From positions 1 to 64,000 of the forward strand of contig OY969696.1 of the NCBI GenBank assembly GCA_963702005.1: a DNA stretch of 64,000 nucleotides, in the 5' to 3' direction. This DNA is from Candidatus Aminicenantes bacterium. Lineage in GTDB: Bacteria > Acidobacteriota > Aminicenantia > Aminicenantales > JAFGBC01. Under the pieces are notes generated by a model that saw only the letters and a program-made list of their open reading frames with translations, was not told the origin of the DNA and made no database searches. Positions 31,001 through 41,526 of the stretch are shown piece by piece; the stretch's first letter is position 1; each line of letters opens with the position of its first letter. Both the position numbers and the translations under genes were made by a program.

Positions 31001-32130
31001 GGCCCCAGCACGTCCCGGTAGAAGTCAAGCGTCTCCCGGGCCGTCCGCGCCCAGCTGAACTCGCGGACTCGCGTTCGGCCCCGGTCGATAAGCGACCGCC
31101 TCAAGGTTTTATCATCGAGGATGCGAAAAAGGGCGGCCGCCATGCCGTCCGCGTCGCCGGGAGGGAAGAGAAGGGCCGCGTCGCCGGCCACCTCGGGGAC
31201 GGCCGCCGCGGAAGAGGCCGCGACCGGACAGCCGCTGGCCATGGCCTCGAGAAGGGGAAGCCCGAAACCTTCGCAGGTCGAGGGATAGACGAATCCGGCC
31301 GCAGCCTGGTACAGGCATCGGAGCTCCCGCTCGGGAATATAGCCGATGATCCGGACGCTTCCTTCAAGATGTAGGGAGGCGATCTTCGCTTCAACGCGGG
31401 GCTGGTCCGTCCCCGTCCTGCCCGCCAGGACGAGTCCGCAGTCGCTCCGCCGCCCGCGGACTCGCGCCAACCCCTCGATGAGCGCCGTCAGGTTCTTGCG
31501 CGGCTCGAGCGCGCCGGCGAAAAACAGGAATTCCCGGGGCAGCCCGTATTTCTCGCGGACGCTCTGGAGCTCGTCGGGCGGCACCGGTTCGCCGAAGCGG
31601 GAATCGATCCCGAGGCGGATGACGCGAACCTTGGCCGGGGAGACATCGAACCTGGCGAGGAGCTCGTCCCTGGTGTATTGGGAGATGGTTACAATCCCGT
31701 CGGCGCGGTCGAGGGCGGAGGCGATCCGGCGGGCGAAATGGGTCCGGGCCTGCCGGTCGGCTTTATCCGGGAAGTCGAGGAAGAAGAGGTCGTAGACGGT
31801 GACGACCTTTTTGCCGCGGGTGGGAAGAAGGAGTGGCGTCGGCGAATGGGTCAGGTCGAGCGCCGTCCCGAAAAAGGCGTCTAGGCGCGGCCGCTCCCAG
31901 TTCGACCAGAGGGCGTCGACCAGCCGGACCGGAAGCCTGACGTCCCGGAATCGCTTGTTGGCGAAGGGGGGGATCCTGGCGGCCGGGAAGCGGTCCTTCC
32001 AGGAGGCCGAAAAGAGGAGATACTCGTTATCCCGGTCGATCGCGGCCAGCTCGAAAAGGAGATTCCGGTAATAGACGCCGACCCCGGTCTCTTCCTTGAG
32101 GAACGGCCTCAGGTCAAAGCCGAAACGCAT
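30997..32130 (-). CDS. GT4 glycosyltransferase (MtfB-like)
   Basis: TGVGVY, LEPRKN, EGFGLPLLEAMASG. Confidence 0.9.
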   Translation of the reverse strand: MRFGFDLRPFLKEETGVGVYYRNLLFELAAIDRDNEYLLFSASWKDRFPAARIPPFANKRFRDVRLPVRLVDALWSNWERPRLDAFFGTALDLTHSPTPLLLPTRGKKVVTVYDLFFLDFPDKADRQARTHFARRIASALDRADGIVTISQYTRDELLARFDVSPAKVRVIRLGIDSRFGEPVPPDELQSVREKYGLPREFLFFAGALEPRKNLTALIEGLARVRGRRSDCGLVLAGRTGTDQPRVEAKIASLHLEGSVRIIGYIPERELRCLYQAAAGFVYPSTCEGFGLPLLEAMASGCPVAASSAAAVPEVAGDAALLFPPGDADGMAAALFRILDDKTLRRSLIDRGRTRVREFSWARTARETLDFYRDVLGP

Positions 32131-32229
32131 GCGTCAACTGTAAGGCCTCCCCCCCTAAATTGTCAACCGGCCGGCCTTGCTTTTTCCGACCGGACGATGA
32201 TATCATCCCCGGAAGTGGAGGCCGACAAC

Positions 32230-33459
32230 ATGCCCTCATTCGACCGTATTATCAAGCGCATTGATTCCTTCCGTGACGAAATGATCGACTGCCAGATCAA
32301 GCTCTGCGCCATCCCGGCCATCGCCCCCCAGAGCGGGGGGGAGGGGGAAGCCCGCAAGGCCGATTATCTCCTCGGATTCCTGAAGGCGAACGGCTGGAGC
32401 GACATCCAGCTCATCAAGGCGCCCGACCTCGAGACCCCGGCCGGCTATCGGCCCAATATCATCGCCTTTTTTAAAGGCCGGAGCTCGGCCCGGACGATCT
32501 GGGTCATGACCCACATGGACGTCGTCCCGCCCGGCGAGCAGTCCCTGTGGAAGGGCGACCCCTACAAGGCTTGGGTCGAAGGCGGCAAGATCTTCGGCCG
32601 CGGCGTCGAGGACAACCAGCAGGATTTGGTCGCCTCGCTCTTCGCCGTCAAAGCCTTCCAGGCCGAGAGCCTGCTGCCGAGTTACGACATCGGGATCGCC
32701 CTGGTCGCCGATGAAGAGACGGGAAGCGCCAAGGGGATCGACTACGTCCTTCAGAACAGCAACACCTTCCGCAAGGACGACCTGATCATCGTCCCCGACG
32801 CCGGAAACGAGGACGGGACCCTGATCGAAGTCGCCGAGAAGAGCATCCTCTGGCTCAAGTTCAAGACCGAGGGCAAGCAGGCCCACGGCTCGACGCCGGA
32901 GAAGGGGATCAACAGCTTCAAGGCCGCCTCCTACCTGATCACCAAGCTCGACAAGCTCTACGGGTTCTACGCGAAACCCGACCGCCTGTTTGATCCGCCC
33001 ATCTCGACCTTCGAGCCGACCAAGAAAGACGCCAACGTCCCCAACATCAACACGATCCCGGGCGAGGACGTTTTCTACATGGACAGCCGGATTCTGCCCA
33101 GCTACGACGTCGAGGCCGTCATCAAAAAGATCCGGGCTACGGCCGACCGGATCGAGAAGCAGTTCAAGGTCAGAATCGAGATCGAAGAGAAGCAGAAGGC
33201 GTCGGCCGCGCCGCCGACATCGGCCAAGGCCCCCGTCGTCCTGGCCCTCAAGAAGGCCGTCAAGGACATCTACGGCAAGGACGCCCGGGCCAAGGGCATC
33301 GGCGGCGGGACGGTCGCGGCCGTCTTCCGGCGGGCCGGGTTCAAGGCCGCCTGCTGGTCGCGGGTCGACGAGACGGCCCACCAGCCCAACGAATACTGCA
33401 AGATCGACAACATGCTGGGCGACGCCAAGGTCTTCGCCCACGTCTTCCTCCAAGACTGA
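32230..33459 (+). CDS. M20-family metallohydrolase (ArgE/DapE-like)
   Basis: HMDVVP, GRGVEDN, ADEETGS, AHQPNE. Confidence 0.88.
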   Translation: MPSFDRIIKRIDSFRDEMIDCQIKLCAIPAIAPQSGGEGEARKADYLLGFLKANGWSDIQLIKAPDLETPAGYRPNIIAFFKGRSSARTIWVMTHMDVVPPGEQSLWKGDPYKAWVEGGKIFGRGVEDNQQDLVASLFAVKAFQAESLLPSYDIGIALVADEETGSAKGIDYVLQNSNTFRKDDLIIVPDAGNEDGTLIEVAEKSILWLKFKTEGKQAHGSTPEKGINSFKAASYLITKLDKLYGFYAKPDRLFDPPISTFEPTKKDANVPNINTIPGEDVFYMDSRILPSYDVEAVIKKIRATADRIEKQFKVRIEIEEKQKASAAPPTSAKAPVVLALKKAVKDIYGKDARAKGIGGGTVAAVFRRAGFKAACWSRVDETAHQPNEYCKIDNMLGDAKVFAHVFLQD

Positions 33460-33541
33460 AGCAAGGCCCGGACCCGATCCGGATCAAGGTTGTTCGTCCC
33501 GCCCGGTCCGGCGGCCGGATTTAAGCGCAGGGGGTGCTCCG

Positions 33542-33862
33542 ATGAAGGACTCTATATTAATCCTGACGACGGTCCCCGACGAGGACAAAGGCCGGGCGAT
33601 TGCGGCCCGGCTCGTCGAGTCGAGACTCGCGGCCTGCGTCACCGTTTCGGCCGCCGCCCGGTCGTATTATTGGTGGGAAGGGAAGATCAACGAGGCCGGC
33701 GAATACGTCCTCTTTATAAAAACGAAAGCCTCGTTGTTCAAGAAACTGGAGGCCGCCCTCAAGGCCGTCCATCCTTACACGATCCCCGAGATCATCGCCC
33801 TTCCGATCGTCGAGGGCTCGAGGGCTTATCTGGACTGGATCGCCAAAGAGACCGAGGATTAA
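33542..33862 (+). CDS. cutA: divalent-cation tolerance protein CutA
   Basis: RLAACV, SYYWWEG, HPYTIPEII, YLDWI. Confidence 0.9.
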   Translation: MKDSILILTTVPDEDKGRAIAARLVESRLAACVTVSAAARSYYWWEGKINEAGEYVLFIKTKASLFKKLEAALKAVHPYTIPEIIALPIVEGSRAYLDWIAKETED

Positions 33863-34815
33863 GGGCGCATCCGCTGGGCGCGCTGGGCGACCCTGATCGT
33901 GGCGATGTGGACGGCGACCGTGTCCTCGATGTTCGAGGCGTAGCCGCCGGCCAGGACGACGGCGAGAGGGATGCCCCGCTCGCGGGCGCCCTCGATGACG
34001 ACCCGGTCCCGTTCCTTCAGCCCATCCATGGTCAACCTGAGGCCGCCCAACTGGTCGCCCTCGTAGGGATCGGCCCCGGCCAAGTAGACGACCAGGCCGG
34101 GGTTGAATTCCTGATAAAGCTCGGGGAGACGGGCCCTGAGCTCGCGGAGATAGACCTCATCCCCGTCTCCGGCCCACAGGCCGACATCGACCGTGCTCTC
34201 CGGCTTCTCGGCCGGATAGATATCCATCTGGTGGATCGAGAAGGTCAGGACGTCTTTCCGCCCCGCAAAGATGAAGGCCGTCCCGTTCCCCTGATGGAGG
34301 TCGCAGTCTACAATCATGACGCGTCCGATTTTCCCCTCTCGGAGGACCGTCTCGACGGCGACGGCCACGTCGTTGAGGACGCAGAATCCCTCGCCGTGCT
34401 CCGGGAAGGCGTGGTGAAATCCGCCTCCGATGTGAACGGACAACCCCATCGCCAAAGCCGTCCGGGCGGCCAGGACGGTCCCCCCGACCTGGAGCAGGGC
34501 GAACTTGAGGAGGGCGGGCGAGTAGGGTAGCTCCAGGATCGATATATCATCCTTGGAGAGCGTTCCCGTCGCCAGCTTCTTCAGGTATTTCGGCGAATGG
34601 ACGAGGAGGATGTCCTCCTCGGAGGCCGGCTCGGGCGGGAGGAAATGCTCCTTCCTCGCGCCCTGCAGGAGGAGCTTCTCGTAGATCATCCGGTACTTGC
34701 GGACCGGGAAGACGTGCTTCCCGATGTCGAGCATCCAGTACTCGTTGCTGTAGACGAACTTGTAGGGGAAGCGCTTCCCGAGCAGAAGCCGCAGAAGATC
34801 CAGGGCCTGGGTCAT
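33859..34815 (-). CDS. histone deacetylase family protein
   Basis: GGFHHA, GFCVLND, DCDLHQGNGT, GADPY, AGGY. Confidence 0.9.
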   Translation of the reverse strand: MTQALDLLRLLLGKRFPYKFVYSNEYWMLDIGKHVFPVRKYRMIYEKLLLQGARKEHFLPPEPASEEDILLVHSPKYLKKLATGTLSKDDISILELPYSPALLKFALLQVGGTVLAARTALAMGLSVHIGGGFHHAFPEHGEGFCVLNDVAVAVETVLREGKIGRVMIVDCDLHQGNGTAFIFAGRKDVLTFSIHQMDIYPAEKPESTVDVGLWAGDGDEVYLRELRARLPELYQEFNPGLVVYLAGADPYEGDQLGGLRLTMDGLKERDRVVIEGARERGIPLAVVLAGGYASNIEDTVAVHIATIRVAQRAQRMRP

Positions 34816-34882
34816 GAAGGGGTAACGATAACATAAAAGCGGCGGAGGGGGAAAGGGGCGGGGCCCAGCGTCGGCGAACGGG

Positions 34883-35749
34883 TCAAGCCAGGGCGAACGG
34901 GTCGGGGAGGCTGTCGGGAGGGATTTCGAGGCGCACGGGGTTTTCGATGAGGTCGGTCAGAAGCGCGATCGTGTTCGCGTAATAGACCCCGTCGGTGATG
35001 CGCTCGTCGAGAGTGATGTTCATATCCAGGACGTCCTGGACCTCGAGATCGCCGCGCTCGTTGACGACCGGCTCCTTCTTTCGCTTGCCGACGACGATGA
35101 AGAAGACCGCGTTCCCCCACTCGTACATGTGGTGGAGAACCGCGTCGAGACCGATGCTGCCCAGGTTGGCCAGAAAGACGCCCGTGTACAGGGCATCCCC
35201 CTTGACGAACGAGGCGGGCAGCCATCCGAAATAGTCGGCCGTCCTTACCCCCCAGAAAGCCAAGCGGGCCAGGCAGCGCGGCAGCTTGGCGACGATATCG
35301 GCCGTCCCCTCGTCCCTGGAGGATTTATTCGCTCTGGTTTCCCGCACGACGGCGGCCACCCGATCGGCCACGTCGGCGGCCGTCGACCGGGGATCGAAGC
35401 TGATCTTGACGGTCGTCTCGCCCGCGTCCTCGGTCAGCTCCCGCTTGACGACGAACGACAGGTCGATCGTCCGCCGCTGGTAGATACGGCGCCCGGCGAC
35501 GAAGCGATTGGCCTCGGGCCGCAGGGCCAGCGTCCTCACGCTGGCCGCCAGGATGACCTGGAACAGCGAAATCTTGTTCTCCCGCCCGGCGTTCGTCCTC
35601 TCCAGCCAGGCCAGCGTGTTGCGGAGCCTCAAGCGCCGCGAGTAGTAGATCATGGACTCGATCCGCGTCCTCATCAGGTAGGGGAACATCTTGCGAAAAC
35701 CGGGGAGCTTCCTGAGCCGAACGCCGTCGCATCGATCGCCTATAGCCAT
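34883..35749 (-). CDS. 2-oxoacid dehydrogenase E2-like acyltransferase catalytic domain only
   Basis: NLGSIG and DERITDG; no lipoyl domain. Confidence 0.75.
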   Translation of the reverse strand: MAIGDRCDGVRLRKLPGFRKMFPYLMRTRIESMIYYSRRLRLRNTLAWLERTNAGRENKISLFQVILAASVRTLALRPEANRFVAGRRIYQRRTIDLSFVVKRELTEDAGETTVKISFDPRSTAADVADRVAAVVRETRANKSSRDEGTADIVAKLPRCLARLAFWGVRTADYFGWLPASFVKGDALYTGVFLANLGSIGLDAVLHHMYEWGNAVFFIVVGKRKKEPVVNERGDLEVQDVLDMNITLDERITDGVYYANTIALLTDLIENPVRLEIPPDSLPDPFALA

Positions 35750-35854
35750 GGCGCCTCCCTGGCGGGAAATCTACCGCTTTGCGGCTCGGGTGTCAATCGA
35801 AAAGAAAGCCGGGCAGGAGGAGACCCGGCCGGTTCCCCGGATCGAGCGATACGG

Positions 35855-37207
35855 CTACAATTCACGGACGATCAATTCTTGAACGCCCAAACCGAGAAGC
35901 CGCTTGTCGGCGGCCAACCCCAGCTCAGCCGGCGACTTGGGTTTCTTTACTCGAAAGGCAATATGCAATAAACATTTCTCATCGCTTTTCCGCAGCAGTC
36001 TCACAGGGATAACGGCCCCTTTTTGCTGGATTTTTCCGTTCCGAAATATCCAGCGATCGATGAGCCAGCCGTTGATGATTATCTCGATCTCCTGCCGCGG
36101 ATTTTTCTCGTTGACCAGAGCTTTCGCCATGCCGGTTAACACAAGGTCCTTTTTCGGGACGGGGGCTACGGCAAGGACGATATCCGCCTCATAGCCCAAA
36201 GCCCAAGACCCCCAGGGGGCGGCCGTCGACCACCAACGGCTCTTGAATCGACCGGCATTTCCCGAATCCGTGAACGACAGGACCGATCCCAGCGCATACG
36301 CGGGCGCCGGCAGAGCCAGATAATCCCGATGCTTAAGGGGCGTGACCGCATAGCCGTAGTCTTCGAGCTTATTCAAGGTCCCTTCGATTCGAGTCCTGAC
36401 ATCCGGCGGAGCCGATGCATAGTCCGCGGCTCTCGCGATCTCGATCAGGATGGGCGGATTGCGGTTGGCGGCGATGGTTCGGCGCGCCCCGTCAAGAACC
36501 GCGTCCTCAAAGCCCTCCACGTCGATTTTGATGAACGACACGCCGGGGATATTGAAACTGTCAAGCGTCCGGAGCTCGACGCGATCGCCCCCCGTGCCGA
36601 TCCCGACAGTCGCCTCGATGCCGTTGATGGGCCTGTCCATTTCAACAATCCGGACATCCCCGCCCAGCGCGAACCTTAGGGGGATGACGTTGCTGATCCG
36701 ATTCTCGATCAGGTTGAAGATCAGTTCCCGAAAAACCTTTTTTTGGGGCTCAAAAGCGAAGACGCGGCCTTGCCGGCCGACGAGCTTGGCCATGGCCAGC
36801 GTATGCGTTCCGATATAGGCCCCGGCGTCGATGACGGCCGATCCGGGCTTGATCGACTCAGCCATTAACTCGATAAAATCCTCCTCCCAGACCTGGCCCT
36901 TGGACACGACCTGTTTGATGCCGTCAAGGCGCTCTTCCTTCTCGACGAAAAAGGAAAAGCCGTTTTTCGTCGGACAAAGATTGTAGCGATCGCGGGGGAA
37001 GCTCTTAAGATAAACCAGAAGTTCCTTATGATCATCCAGCAGGAACGGTCTGGCTGCATCCGCGGCGAGGAATTCTCTAAGGCGGCTGTCCGTGGAGACA
37101 TCCTGGGTGGCGTTTCGGCAGGAGACGGCCAGGCAGATAAAGCCCGTAATCAAGATCCGCGTCGCGCGAACGTACCTGGTCAAAGTCGCGGAATCGATCT
37201 CCTTCAT
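35855..37207 (-). CDS. FkbM-family methyltransferase with N- and C-terminal extensions
   Basis: IDAGAYIGTHT, FAFEP, IKIDVEGFE. Confidence 0.85.
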   Translation of the reverse strand: MKEIDSATLTRYVRATRILITGFICLAVSCRNATQDVSTDSRLREFLAADAARPFLLDDHKELLVYLKSFPRDRYNLCPTKNGFSFFVEKEERLDGIKQVVSKGQVWEEDFIELMAESIKPGSAVIDAGAYIGTHTLAMAKLVGRQGRVFAFEPQKKVFRELIFNLIENRISNVIPLRFALGGDVRIVEMDRPINGIEATVGIGTGGDRVELRTLDSFNIPGVSFIKIDVEGFEDAVLDGARRTIAANRNPPILIEIARAADYASAPPDVRTRIEGTLNKLEDYGYAVTPLKHRDYLALPAPAYALGSVLSFTDSGNAGRFKSRWWSTAAPWGSWALGYEADIVLAVAPVPKKDLVLTGMAKALVNEKNPRQEIEIIINGWLIDRWIFRNGKIQQKGAVIPVRLLRKSDEKCLLHIAFRVKKPKSPAELGLAADKRLLGLGVQELIVREL

Positions 37208-37242
37208 TACAGCCGAATGATATCCCCGCCCCCGATAGAACC

Positions 37243-39132
37243 TCAGTCCCCCGGCTTGCTTTTATAGATGCCCGCCCCTTCGGTTCCGGCGTAAAGCGTC
37301 GCCGGATCCTTGGGATCGAAGGCCAGGCTGTAAACGATGACGTGGGGGCAGAGCCCTCCGCCGAAATAGGACCAGTTCGCGCCGCCGTCCTTGCTGCGAT
37401 AAACTCCGAGGTCCGAGACGCCGGCGTAAAGGTCCTGGGGGTTATTCGGATTGATCGCGAAAGCGTCAACGTAGCGGCAGCTGGGGATTCCGTTATTGAT
37501 CCCAGTCCAGCTGGCGCCGTGGTTCACGCTCTTGTAGACTCCGGAGCCGCCGGTCCCGGCGTACATCACGCCGTTCGGGTCGATCGTCAGGTTATAGACG
37601 TAGTAGTTCGACAGCCCGGCGGGCGTCCAGGTTGTTCCCGTCGTCGTGCCCCGATAAACGCCCCCCAACGTATAGGCATAGACCGCTCCAGGAGTCGAGG
37701 GATCGAACACGAGCCCGCCCGGATTTTTGGTCTTGAGGCCGATACAGGTCCAACTCTTGCCTTCGTCTGCGCTCCGGTAGATCCCCTTATCCCAGAGGGC
37801 GACGAAGATCCTGTTATTCTGGATGGGGTCGATGACTATGTCGCAGATGACCCCCCCGAGGTCAGGAACGAGCTCTGTCCAGGTCCGGCCGGCATCCGCG
37901 CTCCGACAGACGCCGCGGATCGCCGTGTAAATGATGAGAGGGTTCTTGGGATGGACGGCGACGGTCCTAATCTCGCCCACTCTCCAGCCGGTGGGGACGA
38001 TGGACGTCCAACTCGTGCCGCCGCCCGTCCCTTTATACAAGCCCGGGCTGCAGGCCGCGTAAAGGGTTCCGGCCGTTTGACCGTCGAAGGCGATCTCCAT
38101 AATGTTCAGGGCGTTCAATCCCTTCTGCGCGGCCGTCCAGTTGGCGCCTCCATTTCTGCTCCTGAAGATGCCGTCCGCTCTCGTCCCGGCATAGACCGTG
38201 GTGGACACCGACCGGGCTACGGCGATTTTATCGACTTCGAGGCCGGTCAAGCCCGTGTTCATGGCCGACCAGGTCGCGCCGCCGTCCGTGCTTTTATAGG
38301 CGCCCATGCCGTAGCTTCCCACATAGAGAACGCCGGGCTTCTTGGAGTCGAGCGCCAGGGCCACAACCTGGACCATATCCCCGACATGGATCGCGGTCCA
38401 TGTCGCGCCGCCATCCGCGCTCTTCCAGAGTCCATTGGCGACGAAATAGAGAATCTTGGAATTGAAGGGATCGATTTCGAATTCTTGGCCCCACTCGCTT
38501 CGGCCCGCGGTGGCCCAAGTCGCGCCCCCGTTCGTGCTTTTGTAGAGTCCTGCGCCGCCGGCGCCGGCGTACATGATCTTAGGATGGGAGGGATCGATCG
38601 CAAGCTGCCAGATGTCCTTGTAGGACAGGTCGTTGCTCATCCAGGTCCAGGTCGCCCCGCCGTTCGTGGTTTTATAAATCCCGTGGCCGCCCGATCCGGC
38701 GAAAATGGTTTGGGGGGAAGTGGGATGGATGGCGACGGACAGGACGGTCCGCTGGGCGAGCAGCGTCCCCGAGACAGACGCCCAGGTCGCTCCGCCGTTC
38801 GTGCTCCGGTAGATCCCCTGGTCGGTCCCCGCATAAACCGTTCCCGGGCTGCTCCGGCTGAACGCAAGGCTGCGGATGCGGGGATAAACGACGCTCCGGC
38901 CGACGGGCTGCCAGGATCTGCCGCCGTTCGTCGTCCTGTAGATGCCGCCGTAGTACATTCCGCAGAGGACCGTGTCCGCATTGGTAGGATGGACCGCCAA
39001 GGCATTGATCGTTCCCCCCGCAGGGCCGACCGCTTTCCAGGCCGGGGCCCGGTCCGCGGTCCCTCCGGCGGCGGAAAGGACAAGGACTAAAGCCGGCACC
39101 GCGAATGAACGATTGAGACATCTGGATTTCAC
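37243..39132 (-). CDS. secreted BNR/Asp-box beta-propeller protein (YCF48/sortilin-like)
   Basis: Signal peptide and many GxYxSxDGGxTW repeats. Confidence 0.88.
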   Translation of the reverse strand: MKSRCLNRSFAVPALVLVLSAAGGTADRAPAWKAVGPAGGTINALAVHPTNADTVLCGMYYGGIYRTTNGGRSWQPVGRSVVYPRIRSLAFSRSSPGTVYAGTDQGIYRSTNGGATWASVSGTLLAQRTVLSVAIHPTSPQTIFAGSGGHGIYKTTNGGATWTWMSNDLSYKDIWQLAIDPSHPKIMYAGAGGAGLYKSTNGGATWATAGRSEWGQEFEIDPFNSKILYFVANGLWKSADGGATWTAIHVGDMVQVVALALDSKKPGVLYVGSYGMGAYKSTDGGATWSAMNTGLTGLEVDKIAVARSVSTTVYAGTRADGIFRSRNGGANWTAAQKGLNALNIMEIAFDGQTAGTLYAACSPGLYKGTGGGTSWTSIVPTGWRVGEIRTVAVHPKNPLIIYTAIRGVCRSADAGRTWTELVPDLGGVICDIVIDPIQNNRIFVALWDKGIYRSADEGKSWTCIGLKTKNPGGLVFDPSTPGAVYAYTLGGVYRGTTTGTTWTPAGLSNYYVYNLTIDPNGVMYAGTGGSGVYKSVNHGASWTGINNGIPSCRYVDAFAINPNNPQDLYAGVSDLGVYRSKDGGANWSYFGGGLCPHVIVYSLAFDPKDPATLYAGTEGAGIYKSKPGD

Positions 39133-39448
39133 GTATCCCTCCTCGGGTCCAAGATTCCGGAGGAAAAGTACCCCACGTCTTTCAAATTACTATATCCCCA
39201 CCCTCGAATAAATGTCAACGCCGCAGGAGTTGAAATTTCCGGGAGGTTCAATGACGATGAGGTCGGCAAGACAGCATTCCGCCTGGCCGGCCCCCGGGGC
39301 GCGATAAACCGCCGGACGGAAGGGAAGTCCAATCGGGGTGGCGAAGGGGGCGGAGAGAGCCGGCCCGCGCTTTTTGCGGGCGGACGAAGAGGCCTTCCTT
39401 CCGGGATTTTCCGTCCCAAGAAAAGAATCGTCGGCGCCGGGTCCGGCC

Positions 39449-41332
39449 TCAGCTCCCCGGTATGACCTTATAGATGCCCGCCCCTTGAGTTCCCGCGTAA
39501 AGTGTCGCCGAATCCTTGGGGTCGAAGACCAGGCTGAAGACCATGACCTGAGGACAGAGTCCCCCGCCGAAATAGGTCCAGCTCGCGCCCCCGTCCTTGC
39601 TCCTATAGACTCCGAGGTTCGATACGTCCGCGTAGAGGTCCTGGGTGTTCTTGGGATTGACGGCGAAGGCATCGATGTAACGGCAGCTGGGGATTCCCAC
39701 GTTAGCCTCCGTCCAGTGGGCGCCGTGGTCCGTGCTTTTAAAGACCCCGGAGCCGCCGGTCCCGGCGTACATCACGCCGTTCGGGTCGATTGTCAGGTTA
39801 TAGACGTTGTAAGTCTTCAACCCGGCGGACGTCCAGGTCGTTCCCGTCGCGGTGCCCCGGTAGACGCCGTCCACCGTGGCCGCATAGATCGTGCCCGGCG
39901 ACGAAGGATCGAACACGACCCGCCCCGGGCTTTTAGTCTTGAGGCCGATATTGGTCCAACTTCCGCCTCCGTTGGCGCTCCGGTAGATCCCCTTATCCCA
40001 GACGGCGACGAAGATCCTGTCGTTCTGGACGGGGTCGATGGCCATGTCGACGATACTCATGAAATCCAGCCCGACGGCCTTCCAGGTCTGGCCGCCGTCG
40101 GTGCTCTTGTGGACTCCGATTGACCCGAAGGCCACATAAACTGTGAGATGATTTTTAGGATGGACGGCCACGGCCCGAACCTCCCCGCCTCTGCCGTTGG
40201 GCGGCGTGATGTTCTTCCAGCTCGAGCCGCCGTTCGTGCCCTTATACACGCCCGGGCTGCAGGCCGCGTAGAGGATCCCGGCCGTTTGACCGTCGAAGGC
40301 GATCTCCTTGATGTCCAGGGCGTTCAACCCCTTCCCCGCGGCCGTCCAGTTAGCGCCTCCGTCTCTGCTCCTGAAGGTGCCGTCCACGAGCGTCCCGGCA
40401 TAGATCGTGGTGGACACCGATCGGGCTGCGGCGATTTTCCGGACTTCGAGGCCGGTCAATCCCGCGTTTGTGGCCATCCAGGTCGCGCCGCCGTCCGTGC
40501 TCTTATAGACGCCCATGTCGTAGGTTCCCGCATAGAGAACGCCGGACAGCTTGGGGTCGAGCGCCAGGGCCATAACCATAGAACCGACACTGATCGCTGT
40601 CCAGGTCGCGCCGCCGTCCGCGCTCTTCCAGAAGCCATCGGCGACGAGATAAAGAATCTTGGAATTTAAGGGATCGATCGCGAACTCATAGGTAAAGCCG
40701 GCCTTTCCCGTAAAGGTCCAGGTCGCGCCGCCGTTCGTGCTCTTGTAAAGACCCTCGCTGCCGACACCGGCGTACATGATCTTGGGATGGGAGGGATCGA
40801 TTACGAGTTGCCAGATGTCCTTGTAGGACAGGTCGTTGCTCATCCAGGTCCAGGTCACGCCGCCGTTTGTCGTTTTATAGATGCCGTGGCCGCTGGACCC
40901 CGCAAACACGGTGTTGGCCGAGGATGGATGGACGGCCGCGGACAGGATCGCCCGTTGGGCAAGCAGCGATCCGTTGGCGGGCGCCCAGCCCGTTCCGGCG
41001 TTCGTGCTCTTGTAAATTCCGTTGGAGGTCCCGGCATAGATCGTTCCCGGGCTGGTCCGACTGGTCGCGAAGCAACGGATCTCGGGATAGACGATGGTCC
41101 GGCCGACGGGCTGCCAGGATCCGCCTCCGGTCGTCGTCCTGAAGATGCCTCCGGCGGTGCCGCAGAAGACCGTGTTTGCATTGGCGGGATGAATCGCGAT
41201 GGCATTAATCCTTCCGCCCGGAGGGCCGATCGCCTTCCAGGCGGACGCCCGGTCCGGAGCCAATCCGGCGGCTGAAGAAATAAAAGCCAACGACGGCAAC
41301 ACCATAGATAAAACGAGGATTCTCAATTTCAT
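39449..41332 (-). CDS. secreted BNR/Asp-box beta-propeller protein, tandem paralogue
   Basis: Collinear with and highly similar to 37243-39132. Confidence 0.88.
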   Translation of the reverse strand: MKLRILVLSMVLPSLAFISSAAGLAPDRASAWKAIGPPGGRINAIAIHPANANTVFCGTAGGIFRTTTGGGSWQPVGRTIVYPEIRCFATSRTSPGTIYAGTSNGIYKSTNAGTGWAPANGSLLAQRAILSAAVHPSSANTVFAGSSGHGIYKTTNGGVTWTWMSNDLSYKDIWQLVIDPSHPKIMYAGVGSEGLYKSTNGGATWTFTGKAGFTYEFAIDPLNSKILYLVADGFWKSADGGATWTAISVGSMVMALALDPKLSGVLYAGTYDMGVYKSTDGGATWMATNAGLTGLEVRKIAAARSVSTTIYAGTLVDGTFRSRDGGANWTAAGKGLNALDIKEIAFDGQTAGILYAACSPGVYKGTNGGSSWKNITPPNGRGGEVRAVAVHPKNHLTVYVAFGSIGVHKSTDGGQTWKAVGLDFMSIVDMAIDPVQNDRIFVAVWDKGIYRSANGGGSWTNIGLKTKSPGRVVFDPSSPGTIYAATVDGVYRGTATGTTWTSAGLKTYNVYNLTIDPNGVMYAGTGGSGVFKSTDHGAHWTEANVGIPSCRYIDAFAVNPKNTQDLYADVSNLGVYRSKDGGASWTYFGGGLCPQVMVFSLVFDPKDSATLYAGTQGAGIYKVIPGS

Positions 41333-41474
41333 GCGTCCCTCCTCAATCCTCAAGGCATTTCTTCACTGCGGCGGCACGCTGACTCCGGTTCAATAAAGAC
41401 TCAGCGGCCTCTCTGCTGAGACGACTATACGGTGGCATCCTGATCGCTGTCAAGAATGAAAATCCGCTACAACC

Positions 41475-41504
41475 TTGACGGTATATTAACCATTTTATTA
41501 TAAT
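41475..41504 (+). promoter_or_regulatory. sigma70-type promoter
   Basis: TTGACG-18 bp-TATAAT followed by a GGGAGG RBS. Confidence 0.6.
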
Positions 41505-41526
41505 TTATAATAAGGGGAGGTTCAAA

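Noticed and set aside
37243-41332. DGR template/variable repeat pair
   Set aside because: The differences inspected are not adenine-specific, both copies are full genes, and no reverse transcriptase is present.
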